From: Verrucomicrobiia bacterium
Lineage (GTDB): Bacteria; Patescibacteriota; Saccharimonadia; Saccharimonadales; JAGQNK01
Reading direction: 5' to 3'
Length of the DNA: 64,000 bases
Assembly (NCBI GenBank): GCA_035489575.1
Contig: DATHJY010000011.1
Coordinates: 20,514-84,513 of the forward strand
Below, in pieces: positions 1-8,062 of the stretch. Position 1 is the stretch's first letter. Each line of letters opens with the position of its first letter. A program made the position numbers and the translations under genes. The notes below the pieces were generated by a model. It was not told the origin of the DNA. It saw nothing but the letters and a program-made list of their open reading frames with translations, and did no database searches.

Positions 1-15
1 CCGTACAAGCCACTT

Positions 16-594
16 GTGGTGGGATTGTCGGCGGCAGCCTTTTTGATACTGTGTGGCGTAGCCCTGCAAAGTGCTACCATGGGCCCCCTAGAGAAGTCTA
101 TCTTTACCACCCTCTACGACGCCTCGGATCAATTAGGCATATTTGCCCTGCTTATTACGCAGCTGGGTAACGCCTGGGTGCTGATCGCTATAGTAGGGCT
201 GCTGTTTGTGTTGAAGTGGCGCCCCGAACCGGCCCTAACGGTGCTGCGTGCTGGGTTGCTGTCGTACATCTTGGCCACCGTAGCCAAAGTACTGGTTGGT
301 CGACCGCGACCGCCATTGTTGTTAGAAGAGGTCATATCGCGCGAGATAGTCGTACGGGGGTTTGGGTTTCCGTCCGGACATGTCGCGTTGGCTACGGCTG
401 TCAGCTTGGCCCTCTTGCCGTACCTGCCCAAGCGGTTGTGGTGGCTGCCAGTGCCGTGGATTATCTTGGTGGCATGGTCTCGGCTGTACCTTGGCGTTCA
501 TACGCCACTAGATGTATTGGCTGGTTTTTGTCTGGGTGTTTTCGTGGCTGCTGCCAGCACCTACATACCTGTGGAAAAGTTCGCCAAAAGATAG
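16..594 (+). CDS. PAP2-family (type 2) lipid phosphate / undecaprenyl-diphosphate phosphatase, membrane protein
   Basis: 192-aa ORF carries the three PAP2 signature blocks in order (VLVGRPRPP, FPSGH, SRLYLGVHTPLDV) and several hydrophobic helices. GTG start at 16. Confidence 0.8.
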   Translation: MVGLSAAAFLILCGVALQSATMGPLEKSIFTTLYDASDQLGIFALLITQLGNAWVLIAIVGLLFVLKWRPEPALTVLRAGLLSYILATVAKVLVGRPRPPLLLEEVISREIVVRGFGFPSGHVALATAVSLALLPYLPKRLWWLPVPWIILVAWSRLYLGVHTPLDVLAGFCLGVFVAAASTYIPVEKFAKR

Positions 595-659
595 TGCTTA
601 TGCTCTTGTCAAAGGACAGAGCTGGGCGTACGCTAAATGAGGAAGTGTGAGGCTTCCAC

Positions 660-685
660 AGACCCTAGGCAGACGCCTGGGGTCT
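660..685 (+). terminator. Hairpin downstream of the PAP2 gene (11-bp stem, loop AGAC)
   Basis: agaccctaggc/gcctggggtct pairs with one U-G wobble that only works on the plus-strand RNA. It is followed by tatgaattt, so the U-tract is weak. Confidence 0.4.
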
Positions 686-693
686 TATGAATT

Positions 694-744
694 TAAGGAA
701 GGGAAACCCAGGCCTGAAAGGCCTCCAGGGATTTCCCTTCCTTA
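694..744. terminator. Long near-perfect hairpin in a convergent intergenic region (possible bidirectional terminator)
   Basis: taaggaagggaaa pairs with tttcccttcctta (13 bp), extended by ccc/ggg and aggcc/ggcct around loop tgaaa. Lies between the convergent PAP2 (+) and fur-family (-) genes. Confidence 0.4.
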
Positions 745-781
745 GACTCGCTTCACTCGTGATCCATCCCTTCCATTGGGA

Positions 782-816
782 CACTATCTTAGGCGAGTAA
801 ATCGCCAAAGATAGTG
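782..816 (-). terminator. Hairpin just downstream of the Fur-family gene
   Basis: cactatctt/aagatagtg (9 bp) plus inner ggcga/tcgcc around gtaaa, located 10 nt past the stop of the minus-strand gene. No clear U-tract. Confidence 0.35.
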
Positions 817-825
817 AATAGTTGA

Positions 826-1254
826 TTAATTGTCATCCTGATGGCAGGTAGGGCAGAGGCCGCGAAGTTCAAGGCTGTGGCTGGTCAGGCTAAAGCCAAC
901 TGTTTCTGCCAACTTATGTATATCGTTTTCTAGTTCCGGGCTTTCCTCGAAAGCAACCACTTTGCCGCACTGCATGCAGCTGGCATGGTGATGGTGCCCG
1001 GCAAAGATTTCGCTGAGTTCTAGTTTGTACTTCCAGCCAATCTGCAGCCGATTGACTATGCCAATTTTCTCGAACAGGTCGACCGTGCGATACACGCTAG
1101 CCCGGTCCATTTTGTGCTGCAGTTTGCGGATCAGCTGGTTCATGCTGAGGGCGTCGCTATCAGTCAGGGCGTTAAATACCAGCTGACGGGTTTTAGTCAG
1201 GCTGTACCCCTGTTGCTTCAGGGTGGTGGCCAAGGTTGGCAATTCGGCGTTCAT
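826..1254 (-). CDS. Fur-family metalloregulator (Zur-like, given the divergent ZIP zinc transporter)
   Basis: 142 aa with an N-terminal winged-helix region and C-terminal HHHHASCMQCG...CPTC metal sites typical of Fur/Zur. Divergent from the ZIP transporter gene. Confidence 0.85.
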   Translation of the reverse strand: MNAELPTLATTLKQQGYSLTKTRQLVFNALTDSDALSMNQLIRKLQHKMDRASVYRTVDLFEKIGIVNRLQIGWKYKLELSEIFAGHHHHASCMQCGKVVAFEESPELENDIHKLAETVGFSLTSHSLELRGLCPTCHQDDN

Positions 1255-1274
1255 GACCCAATTTTATCAAAAAT

Positions 1275-1289
1275 TGCAACATATTTGCA
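1275..1289. promoter_or_regulatory. Candidate Zur/Fur operator in the divergent zur-zupT promoter region
   Basis: TGCAA-catat-TTGCA is an AT-rich inverted repeat in the 83-nt gap between the two divergent start codons. Confidence 0.3.
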
Positions 1290-1337
1290 GTATGCATTAA
1301 ATTTGGCAATACTGGGATCATAAAATAGGAATACAAA

Positions 1338-2177
1338 ATGAGTACTTATGTAGACGTTATCTTCTTCTCGCTTATCGGTGGCGTGTTTTCGCTGATAGGC
1401 GGAATACTATTACTCAGTCGAAAGAAAACCGCCACGGCATTAGCCCACTACGCTACGCCTTTTGCCGCCGGAGCACTGCTTGCAGCCGTGTTTTTGGACC
1501 TGATCAAAGAAGGGGTCGAGCAAGCTCCACCTGTCACCGTGCTAGAAGCCACACTGGCGGGAATTGTCGTGTTTTTCTTTGCCGAGCGCTTTCTGCGCTG
1601 GTTTCACCACCATCACGAGCACGAAAAAATTGGCAAGGACCCAGCACGCAGCCTGATTATCGTTGGTGATACTATTCACAATGCCATGGATGGTGTCGCT
1701 ATTGCGGCCGCTTTTCTGATCAGCCCCTCAACCGGCATAGTTACCACCCTGGCCGTTGCTGCGCACGAGATCCCGCAAGAAATAGGCGATTTTGGCTTGT
1801 TGCTGAAGCGTGGTATGTCACGAAAAAATGTACTGCTCGTTAATATTGGCAGCGCCTTAGCCACGACAGCCGCGGCGGTACTGACGTTTGCACTAGGTAG
1901 TGCCGAAGCGCTGCCTACGGGCGTCCTGCTGGGTGTCAGCGCGGGCTTTCTACTATACATTGCCATGAGTGACGTTATTCCCGAGATTCACGAGAAGTCA
2001 CCCAAGCGGTTATTCGACCTGCAACCACTGTTATTGGTCCTAGGAGTTGTGGTAGTGGGGCTAGCCATAAATATCTCGCATAGTTTCATAGAAGACGGCC
2101 GCAAACACACTCCCGGAGAAGTCATTGACGTACAAGAGTACGAGCCCTCGTATCACGACGACCTAGACGTGGAATAA
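1338..2177 (+). CDS. zupT: ZIP-family zinc/divalent-metal transporter
   Basis: 279 aa and polytopic. Carries the ZIP signature HNAMDGVAIAAAF and HEIPQEIGDFGLLL, plus a His-rich loop (HHHHEHE). Confidence 0.85.
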   Translation: MSTYVDVIFFSLIGGVFSLIGGILLLSRKKTATALAHYATPFAAGALLAAVFLDLIKEGVEQAPPVTVLEATLAGIVVFFFAERFLRWFHHHHEHEKIGKDPARSLIIVGDTIHNAMDGVAIAAAFLISPSTGIVTTLAVAAHEIPQEIGDFGLLLKRGMSRKNVLLVNIGSALATTAAAVLTFALGSAEALPTGVLLGVSAGFLLYIAMSDVIPEIHEKSPKRLFDLQPLLLVLGVVVVGLAINISHSFIEDGRKHTPGEVIDVQEYEPSYHDDLDVE

Positions 2178-2195
2178 CCTGTTACAATAAGCGGG

Positions 2196-3377
2196 ATGCA
2201 GATAGTATTAGTTTTACTGGGGGTACTAAATCTCGGCGCGCTGGCGTATCTGCTAACGCGCAAAAGTGGCGCCGGGTTAGACGGCCCTCTGCGCGATGAG
2301 TTTGCCCGTAACCGCAAAGAATTCTCTGACGCCAACAAAGACTTACGCCTAGAACTGACCGGACAGCTAGAGCGCTTGCGTGACAAGAATGACGAAAAAC
2401 TAGAACATATTCGCAAAACTGTAGAGGTCCGTCTGGAATCTTTGCAAAAAGACAACGCCGACAAGCTCGAGAAAATGCGCGAAACAGTAGACGAAAAACT
2501 GCAAAGCACCCTAGAGAAGCGGCTGGGACAAAGCTTTAAAATTGTTAGCGAGCGCCTAGAGCTGGTGCACAAAGGCCTGGGCGAGATGCAAGGCCTGGCT
2601 ACGGATGTTAGCGACTTCAAGCGAGTGCTTACCAATGTAAAGACTCGTGGTACGTGGGGTGAGGTGCAGCTAGAAAACCTCCTAGAGCAAATCTTTGTAC
2701 GTGACCACTACGAAAAGCAGGTCATGCTAAAGGCCGGCAGCCAAGACCAGGTAGATTTTTGTATTAAGCTGCCAGACAAAAGTTCCAAGGACGGGTTTAT
2801 CTTTCTACCCATTGACGCCAAGTTCCCGCTAGAAGACTACCAACGCTTGGCAGCCGCCCAAGAAAAGGGTGACGTAGCGGCGGTAGCACTGGCTACCAAG
2901 GGTCTGGTAACTCGGGTCAAGCTAGAGGCCAAATCCATAAAAGAAAAATACATACAACCGCCCAAGACAACCGACTTCGCAATCTTGTACGTACCCATAG
3001 AGGGCATGTACGCCGAGGTGCTTCGACAACCCGGCTTATTCGAGCATCTGCAGCATCACTATCGAGTGACCGTAGCCGGGCCGACTACCATCGCAGCCAT
3101 CCTGAACAGCTACCAGCTAGGATTCCGTACGCTGGCCATTGCCGAACAGACCAGCCAGGTGTGGGAGCTGCTGACCACCATCAAGGGCGAGTTTGGCAAG
3201 TTTGGAGACCTCTTGGACAAGACCAGGGACAAGCTGGTACAAGCCACCAAAACCATAGACTCCGCCAGCACAAAAAGCCGCACAATAGAACGCAAATTAG
3301 GCACCGTACAAAAGCTGGCCGACAAAGCCACAGAAACTGCCGAAAACACTAAACTCATAGATGTCGCCGACGAATAA
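2196..3377 (+). CDS. rmuC: DNA recombination protein RmuC
   Basis: 393 aa with an N-terminal TM helix, a long coiled coil, then the RmuC nuclease-like core (VDFCIKLPD...LPIDAKFPLEDY...ILYVPIEGMY). Confidence 0.85.
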   Translation: MQIVLVLLGVLNLGALAYLLTRKSGAGLDGPLRDEFARNRKEFSDANKDLRLELTGQLERLRDKNDEKLEHIRKTVEVRLESLQKDNADKLEKMRETVDEKLQSTLEKRLGQSFKIVSERLELVHKGLGEMQGLATDVSDFKRVLTNVKTRGTWGEVQLENLLEQIFVRDHYEKQVMLKAGSQDQVDFCIKLPDKSSKDGFIFLPIDAKFPLEDYQRLAAAQEKGDVAAVALATKGLVTRVKLEAKSIKEKYIQPPKTTDFAILYVPIEGMYAEVLRQPGLFEHLQHHYRVTVAGPTTIAAILNSYQLGFRTLAIAEQTSQVWELLTTIKGEFGKFGDLLDKTRDKLVQATKTIDSASTKSRTIERKLGTVQKLADKATETAENTKLIDVADE

Positions 3378-3386
3378 AATAGACGC

Positions 3387-4739
3387 CTAGCTTTTCAGCA
3401 GGTCAATTGTCAGAGCAGCCGTCCAGCCAAAGTTCTCGGCGCCGGCTGGTGAACCGTCTACCGGGCTGAAGTATTCCCAAAATCCAGCATTATGGACCAT
3501 TTCTAGGGTAGCTTCTTTTAGCGCTTCGGCATGGTCGTTATAACCGTATCGCTTCAGTCCATCTATGATCAGCCAGTTGGTGTTTACCCAAGTGGGGCCT
3601 TGCCAGTAGCGGTGCGGGTTAAACCACTCACTGTTTAGGGGTGCCGTTGGGATGGGGTAATGAGCACCAAACAGATGCTCGTTCTCTATCATTTTGACCA
3701 GCTGCTTGGCTCGTTCCTTCGTAACGGTGCCGGCATACAGGGGCATGAGCGTGCCGATACTCGGTACTTTGAGCAGCCGATGTGACACAAACTCCCTGGA
3801 ATAGTACTGCAATGAATATGGGTCCCACAGCGATTCCAGCGACTTCTCGGTCTTACGCATGTGGACCACCAGCTCTTCTGGCAGCTCTTTGCGAATATAT
3901 TTAGCAATGGCTTCTAGGTTTTGGTTGGCACGTATCAAAATAGAATTAAAGGTTACATCCTCTATGGTGAACATAGAATGGGCCAGGATGCGCTTGGTAT
4001 CATAATTTTTACGACGCAGCCGACGTTGTGTGCTGTACAAAGCCAGGGCATCAATGGTGCCGATACGCTGAGCAGCGTGAATAAAGTGCGTGTCGCGCCG
4101 TAGCAGATTTATGAGCGGCACCAGGTGCAGCTTGTCTATGGCTGTAATCCAAAAGGCCAGTTGGTGATCATGCAGTTCGGCCATCCAGGGCGGGGTGTTG
4201 TCTAGGCCGGTCTCCCAGGGGTGTACCAGCAGGGCCAGGCCTTCGCCGTGTGGATCACGGTCTGCATAAATCCATTCGTGGTAGGCCAACAACGCCGGAA
4301 AGACGGATTGATACCAACTGCGTTTCTCGGCCTTGGGGAGTTTCTGGCCTATACGCACCACAGCCTCGGCGACCATGGGGGGTTGGGTGATACCGCTAGT
4401 GCTGACGTCGTCCGGAGCATTGGGGTTGAGCCAGCTGCGCCAGATATTGCCGTCGCGGCCATGACGCCCTTGGCTATGAATAATGTTTGGGATCATGCCG
4501 TTAGCCCACTGTCCGCCAAGCAGGCTCAGTATTTCAGTCTGGGCACGCTCGACGTTGTAGTGGCTCAGCCCAATTGCAATAAAACAGCTGTCCCATAGCC
4601 ACTGATGGGGGTACATACCACCACCGACCGGCACCGTGTGTGTCCCGTGATCGTTATGAGCCAACACAGTCTGAGCTGCCTCAAGAAAGTTTTCGCCGGT
4701 GGGCTGGTCGGAATTTGCCTGGCCCTGTTTTTCGTCCAT
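3387..4739 (-). CDS. (alpha/alpha)6 six-hairpin glycoside hydrolase, GH63/MGH1-like (possible glucosyl-/mannosyl-glycerate hydrolase)
   Basis: 450 aa with the YPHQWLWDSCFIAIG motif and a GPTWVNTNW C-terminal block typical of this clan. Exact substrate is not determinable from sequence. Confidence 0.6.
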   Translation of the reverse strand: MDEKQGQANSDQPTGENFLEAAQTVLAHNDHGTHTVPVGGGMYPHQWLWDSCFIAIGLSHYNVERAQTEILSLLGGQWANGMIPNIIHSQGRHGRDGNIWRSWLNPNAPDDVSTSGITQPPMVAEAVVRIGQKLPKAEKRSWYQSVFPALLAYHEWIYADRDPHGEGLALLVHPWETGLDNTPPWMAELHDHQLAFWITAIDKLHLVPLINLLRRDTHFIHAAQRIGTIDALALYSTQRRLRRKNYDTKRILAHSMFTIEDVTFNSILIRANQNLEAIAKYIRKELPEELVVHMRKTEKSLESLWDPYSLQYYSREFVSHRLLKVPSIGTLMPLYAGTVTKERAKQLVKMIENEHLFGAHYPIPTAPLNSEWFNPHRYWQGPTWVNTNWLIIDGLKRYGYNDHAEALKEATLEMVHNAGFWEYFSPVDGSPAGAENFGWTAALTIDLLKS

Positions 4740-4788
4740 TGCTATCAGTATAGCGCAGCCCGGTTATGCTTGCCCAGTAGTCCGCCCC

Positions 4789-4954
4789 AGAACCTATCCC
4801 AGATCTCCAATTCCGTCCCGGGAACTCACCCACTCCGGCGACAATCCGTCCCAGTTTCCGAGCCGTAACTACGGTTACGCCTCAAAAACTGGAACGAATT
4901 CTCACTCGAAATGGATCGATTTTGGGCTCGAAAGCGAGATCTGGGGTGGGTTCT
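4789..4954 (+). ncRNA. Candidate structured RNA or MITE-like element closed by a 19-bp helix
   Basis: agaacctatcccagatctc (4789-4807) pairs with gagatctggggtgggttct (4936-4954): 17 Watson-Crick pairs plus 2 U-G wobbles on the plus strand. Inside are hairpins 4815-4842 and 4851-4892, the latter capped by c(UACG)g. No credible ORF. Confidence 0.3.
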
Positions 4955-5450
4955 AACGATAATTGGTGAAGTTTAGTGGAAAGTCGAATTCTTTGCCCTG
5001 TATGATCTGCATGACTGACTGCAAGTCGTCCTTGCTGCCACTGGTCACGCGGACTGCGTCACCTTGGATCTGAGATTTGACCTTGGGATATTCGTCGCGG
5101 ATCAGCTTGGTGATCTGCTTGGCCTTGTCCTGGTCTAGGCCCTGTTTAAATGGCACCTCTTTGGTAGTTTTCAGGTTAGCCACCACTGCTTCTCGGGTGG
5201 TGTCCAGAACTTTCTGGCTTTGGCTACGGGCGGCCAGCTTTTTACGCACGATGTCTAGGATGGCGTCTATTTGCCAGTCACTGGTGCCGGTTACTTTAAA
5301 TCCTGTTTTATCCCCATTCAGCCACTCGAGTTGTGCCGGCGTGCCCTTGAAGTCATAGCGGCCCGCAATCTCGCGCTGGGTTTGGTCAAAGACGTTGTTC
5401 ATCTCGGCCTTGTCGTATTCACTCACTATGTCAAACGAGAACTGTGCCAT
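4953..5450 (-). CDS. yajQ: YajQ-family (UPF0234) nucleotide / cyclic-di-GMP-binding protein
   Basis: 165 aa. The N-terminus MAQFSFDIVSEYDKAEMNNVFDQTQREIAGRYDFKG is the characteristic YajQ start. Confidence 0.85.
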   Translation of the reverse strand: MAQFSFDIVSEYDKAEMNNVFDQTQREIAGRYDFKGTPAQLEWLNGDKTGFKVTGTSDWQIDAILDIVRKKLAARSQSQKVLDTTREAVVANLKTTKEVPFKQGLDQDKAKQITKLIRDEYPKVKSQIQGDAVRVTSGSKDDLQSVMQIIQGKEFDFPLNFTNYR

Positions 5451-5465
5451 ACTTTTACCTGAGTT

Positions 5466-5870
5466 CTATAAAGAAATCCCTTCCTTCTTAGCTATTGTTT
5501 GTACTTGATGGACGATGCTTCGCAAAGTTGTCTCCAAATTGGCCGGCTTACCGCCCGACAACAGTTGAGTCTGGACCGCTGCAAGCTCATCCAAAATTTC
5601 CTTAGTATCAACATGTATAGCTACGATTTCATTTTGAACAGTTGTGAGCTGCTCTTGGTGTTTGCTGCTTTCAATTTCCAAGCGATAAATGGACTTTTTT
5701 AGATCGGAGGTGTCATGCCGCACGGAGTTCATCTCGGTGTGTAGTCCATCCATACGTTCATTGGTTTCGTCTATACGTCGGTCAAGCTTACCTAGGCCCT
5801 CACTAGTCATCTGCATACTTTCCTGCAGGAGTTCTAGGATATCTTCATTCGCAACAGATTTTGTCGGCAT
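5466..5870 (-). CDS. Hypothetical coiled-coil protein
   Basis: ORF 5466..5924. I prefer the internal ATG at 5870 (MPTKSV...) because it avoids overlapping pheS. Heptad-like, charged sequence; no recognisable family. Confidence 0.5.
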   Translation of the reverse strand: MPTKSVANEDILELLQESMQMTSEGLGKLDRRIDETNERMDGLHTEMNSVRHDTSDLKKSIYRLEIESSKHQEQLTTVQNEIVAIHVDTKEILDELAAVQTQLLSGGKPANLETTLRSIVHQVQTIAKKEGISL

Positions 5871-5900
5871 ATCTGTATTATAGCGTGGCTGGTTGCTATA

Positions 5901-6944
5901 ATGAACACCAAGATGAGTTACCAAAATCAGAAGATTGCCGAAACTGCTGAAGTGCTCAAAGCTCGGCTGAGCCAGCTCGATACCAAAGCCGATATTTTAA
6001 AGGCCACAGAGCTGAAGGCTTTGTATGCAGAAGTTCGCACATTGCCAGCTGATCAGCGGGCCAGTTTTGGCAAAGAAATAAATCAGCTCAAGACTGACCT
6101 AGAACATCTCATAGCCCAGCACAGTGATACCGCCGAACAGCTAGAACCCATAGATGTCACGGCACCATTCGATGTAAATGTAGGCGACCAAAAACCCGCA
6201 CTTCTGCCCAGCCAAAATGGCACCAAGCATCCACTGATGACCGAGCTAGACACTATTCTGGATATTTTTTACCGCATGGGGTTCAACGCTATAGAGTCTC
6301 GGCAGCTCGATGACGACTACCACATGTTCGAGAGCCTCAACTTTCCGGCCGATCATCCTGCCCGTGACGACTACGACACCTTTATGACCACCGAAGGTTT
6401 GATTGCGCCGGCCCACACCAGCACCATGCAAAATAGGGTGTTGTCGGCCAACAAAGAGCGGTTAGAAAACGGCCAACCGATTTCGTACGTCATTCCTGGT
6501 CGCGTCTTTCGCAACGAAGACCTGGATGCTCGACACGAACATACCTTTTATCAGTTAGAAGGTGTTTATGTGGGCAAAGATATTCATGCTGGGCACCTGA
6601 TTGCGGTACTCCAGACTTTTTTCGAGACCTACTACGGCAAAAAAATGGAGGTCAAAACCCAGCCCTTCTACTTCCCATTTACAGAACCTAGCTTTGAGTT
6701 CGCCATAGCCTGCCCATTTTGCGACAAGGCTGGCTGTAATATCTGCGGCGAAGGCTGGCTGGAATTGCTAGGCTGCGGCATGATCCACCCCAATGTGCTC
6801 AAGATGGCCGGCATAGATTCCAACGAATACACCGGCTTTGCGTGGGGTGGAGGTATCGAACGTCTGGTCATGATAAAGCACAACGTAGAAGACATCCGCC
6901 ACTTCGAATCAGGCAAACTAGACTTCCTAAGGCAATTTTCATGA
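5901..6944 (+). CDS. pheS: Phenylalanine--tRNA ligase alpha subunit
   Basis: 347 aa with class II aaRS motifs (FRNEDLDARHEHTFYQLEG, GFAWGGGIERLVM). Confidence 0.95.
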   Translation: MNTKMSYQNQKIAETAEVLKARLSQLDTKADILKATELKALYAEVRTLPADQRASFGKEINQLKTDLEHLIAQHSDTAEQLEPIDVTAPFDVNVGDQKPALLPSQNGTKHPLMTELDTILDIFYRMGFNAIESRQLDDDYHMFESLNFPADHPARDDYDTFMTTEGLIAPAHTSTMQNRVLSANKERLENGQPISYVIPGRVFRNEDLDARHEHTFYQLEGVYVGKDIHAGHLIAVLQTFFETYYGKKMEVKTQPFYFPFTEPSFEFAIACPFCDKAGCNICGEGWLELLGCGMIHPNVLKMAGIDSNEYTGFAWGGGIERLVMIKHNVEDIRHFESGKLDFLRQFS

Positions 6945-7282
6945 AAATTGTTGACAAGATTTCCGTTGCCGAGCTCACGCAAATGGCACAAAAAATGTTT
7001 GGTGAGCTCGTTAAGGCAGATGTCGACATAGCCAAAAAGATTGTCGTTATTGACATGCCTATGCATTATGACGGCGAGGCTCATTTACTGGAAAAAGGAT
7101 CAAAGCAAAGCGACCTATGGGGCATCAACCTACACCCGGCAGACTATGGTACGGACGATTTCATCGAATTCGACTCTATGATTAATATTCGTCCGTCCCA
7201 GGGCAATGCCTCCAAGGATGTGCTTGATCCACTAGTGCGGCAAAAAATTATCCGCATTGTCAGTGAGGTTGTCCATGAGTAG
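6941..7282 (+). CDS. Small conserved hypothetical protein (DUF5674-like)
   Basis: The ATG at 6941 overlaps the pheS stop (ATGA). The 113-aa MKIVDKISVAELTQMAQKMFGELVKADVD... product resembles the small DUF5674-type proteins common in CPR. Family assignment is from memory. Confidence 0.6.
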   Translation: MKIVDKISVAELTQMAQKMFGELVKADVDIAKKIVVIDMPMHYDGEAHLLEKGSKQSDLWGINLHPADYGTDDFIEFDSMINIRPSQGNASKDVLDPLVRQKIIRIVSEVVHE

Positions 7283-7595
7283 CCATGAGTTTGATCGAGA
7301 TGCGTGGGCAGAGTTGGATATTTTTAATCAGATGGGCAACATCGGCTCCGAGGTTGGTAGGGCGCTTGCGGCAAAAAGGCAGGGCAAAACAGAGCGTATG
7401 CAATCCGCCTTTTTCAGGGGGATGGACCTTATAAACGCTACTGTTGATGTCTGGTCTGCATCACACAAAACTGCAGTGCCCGAGCTACTTTGCGCCCGCG
7501 AATTATTTGCAGAATCCATCCTAACAGACAAAGTTGACGCTACCCTTGAAAAGTACTTTATGCAGTTTGCAATAGCAGCGAGGTTACAAAGATGA
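7275..7595 (+). CDS. Hypothetical protein
   Basis: The ATG at 7275 overlaps the previous stop by 8 nt, and the stop overlaps the next start (ATGA at 7592). Helical-looking, no family recognised. Confidence 0.45.
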   Translation: MSSHEFDRDAWAELDIFNQMGNIGSEVGRALAAKRQGKTERMQSAFFRGMDLINATVDVWSASHKTAVPELLCARELFAESILTDKVDATLEKYFMQFAIAARLQR

Positions 7596-8062
7596 ATACA
7601 GACGTAGAAAAAATAATCAGAGAATATATAGACAAGTCACTGCATATGTCGCTGGCTACGGTCAGTGGCGACCGACCATGGGTATGCGAGGTCCACTTTG
7701 CCTATGACGACAACTTAAATCTGTATTTCCGTTCGCTCAAGTCACGTCGGCACAGCCAAGAAATCAGCATAAATCCCCACGTTGCCGGCACTATTGTCAA
7801 ACAGCACGGCCTGGACGATGCCCCCCATGGTATCTATTTTGAGGGCACAGCCGAACTGCAAGAAGACCAAAGTCGTTTCCCGGAATATTATGAATACTTC
7901 AAGCAGCGCCAAAAAGTAGACGAAGGCATCATAGAACAGGCCAAGCAAGAGGACGGCCACAAATTCTACAAAATCACCGTAGAAAAGTGGTACGCCTTTG
8001 GAAAGTTCGGCGAAGAAAAAGCGATCAAGCATACGCTTGACTGGAACGGTGGCCAAAAATGA
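7592..8062 (+). CDS. Pyridoxamine 5'-phosphate oxidase-family (FMN-binding split-barrel) protein
   Basis: 156 aa. LHMSLATVSGDRPWVCEVHFAYDDNLNLYFRSLKSRRHSQEI is typical of PNPOx-like / general stress protein 26 family proteins. Confidence 0.75.
   Translation: MNTDVEKIIREYIDKSLHMSLATVSGDRPWVCEVHFAYDDNLNLYFRSLKSRRHSQEISINPHVAGTIVKQHGLDDAPHGIYFEGTAELQEDQSRFPEYYEYFKQRQKVDEGIIEQAKQEDGHKFYKITVEKWYAFGKFGEEKAIKHTLDWNGGQK

Noticed and set aside
4859-4883. Group II intron domain V look-alike (gagccgtaac...acggttacgcctc).
   Set aside because: The hairpin is a simple 6-bp stem with a UACG loop. It lacks the 2-nt bulge and the 34-nt geometry of domain V. No GUGYG 5' end, no other intron domains and no IEP/RT ORF are present.
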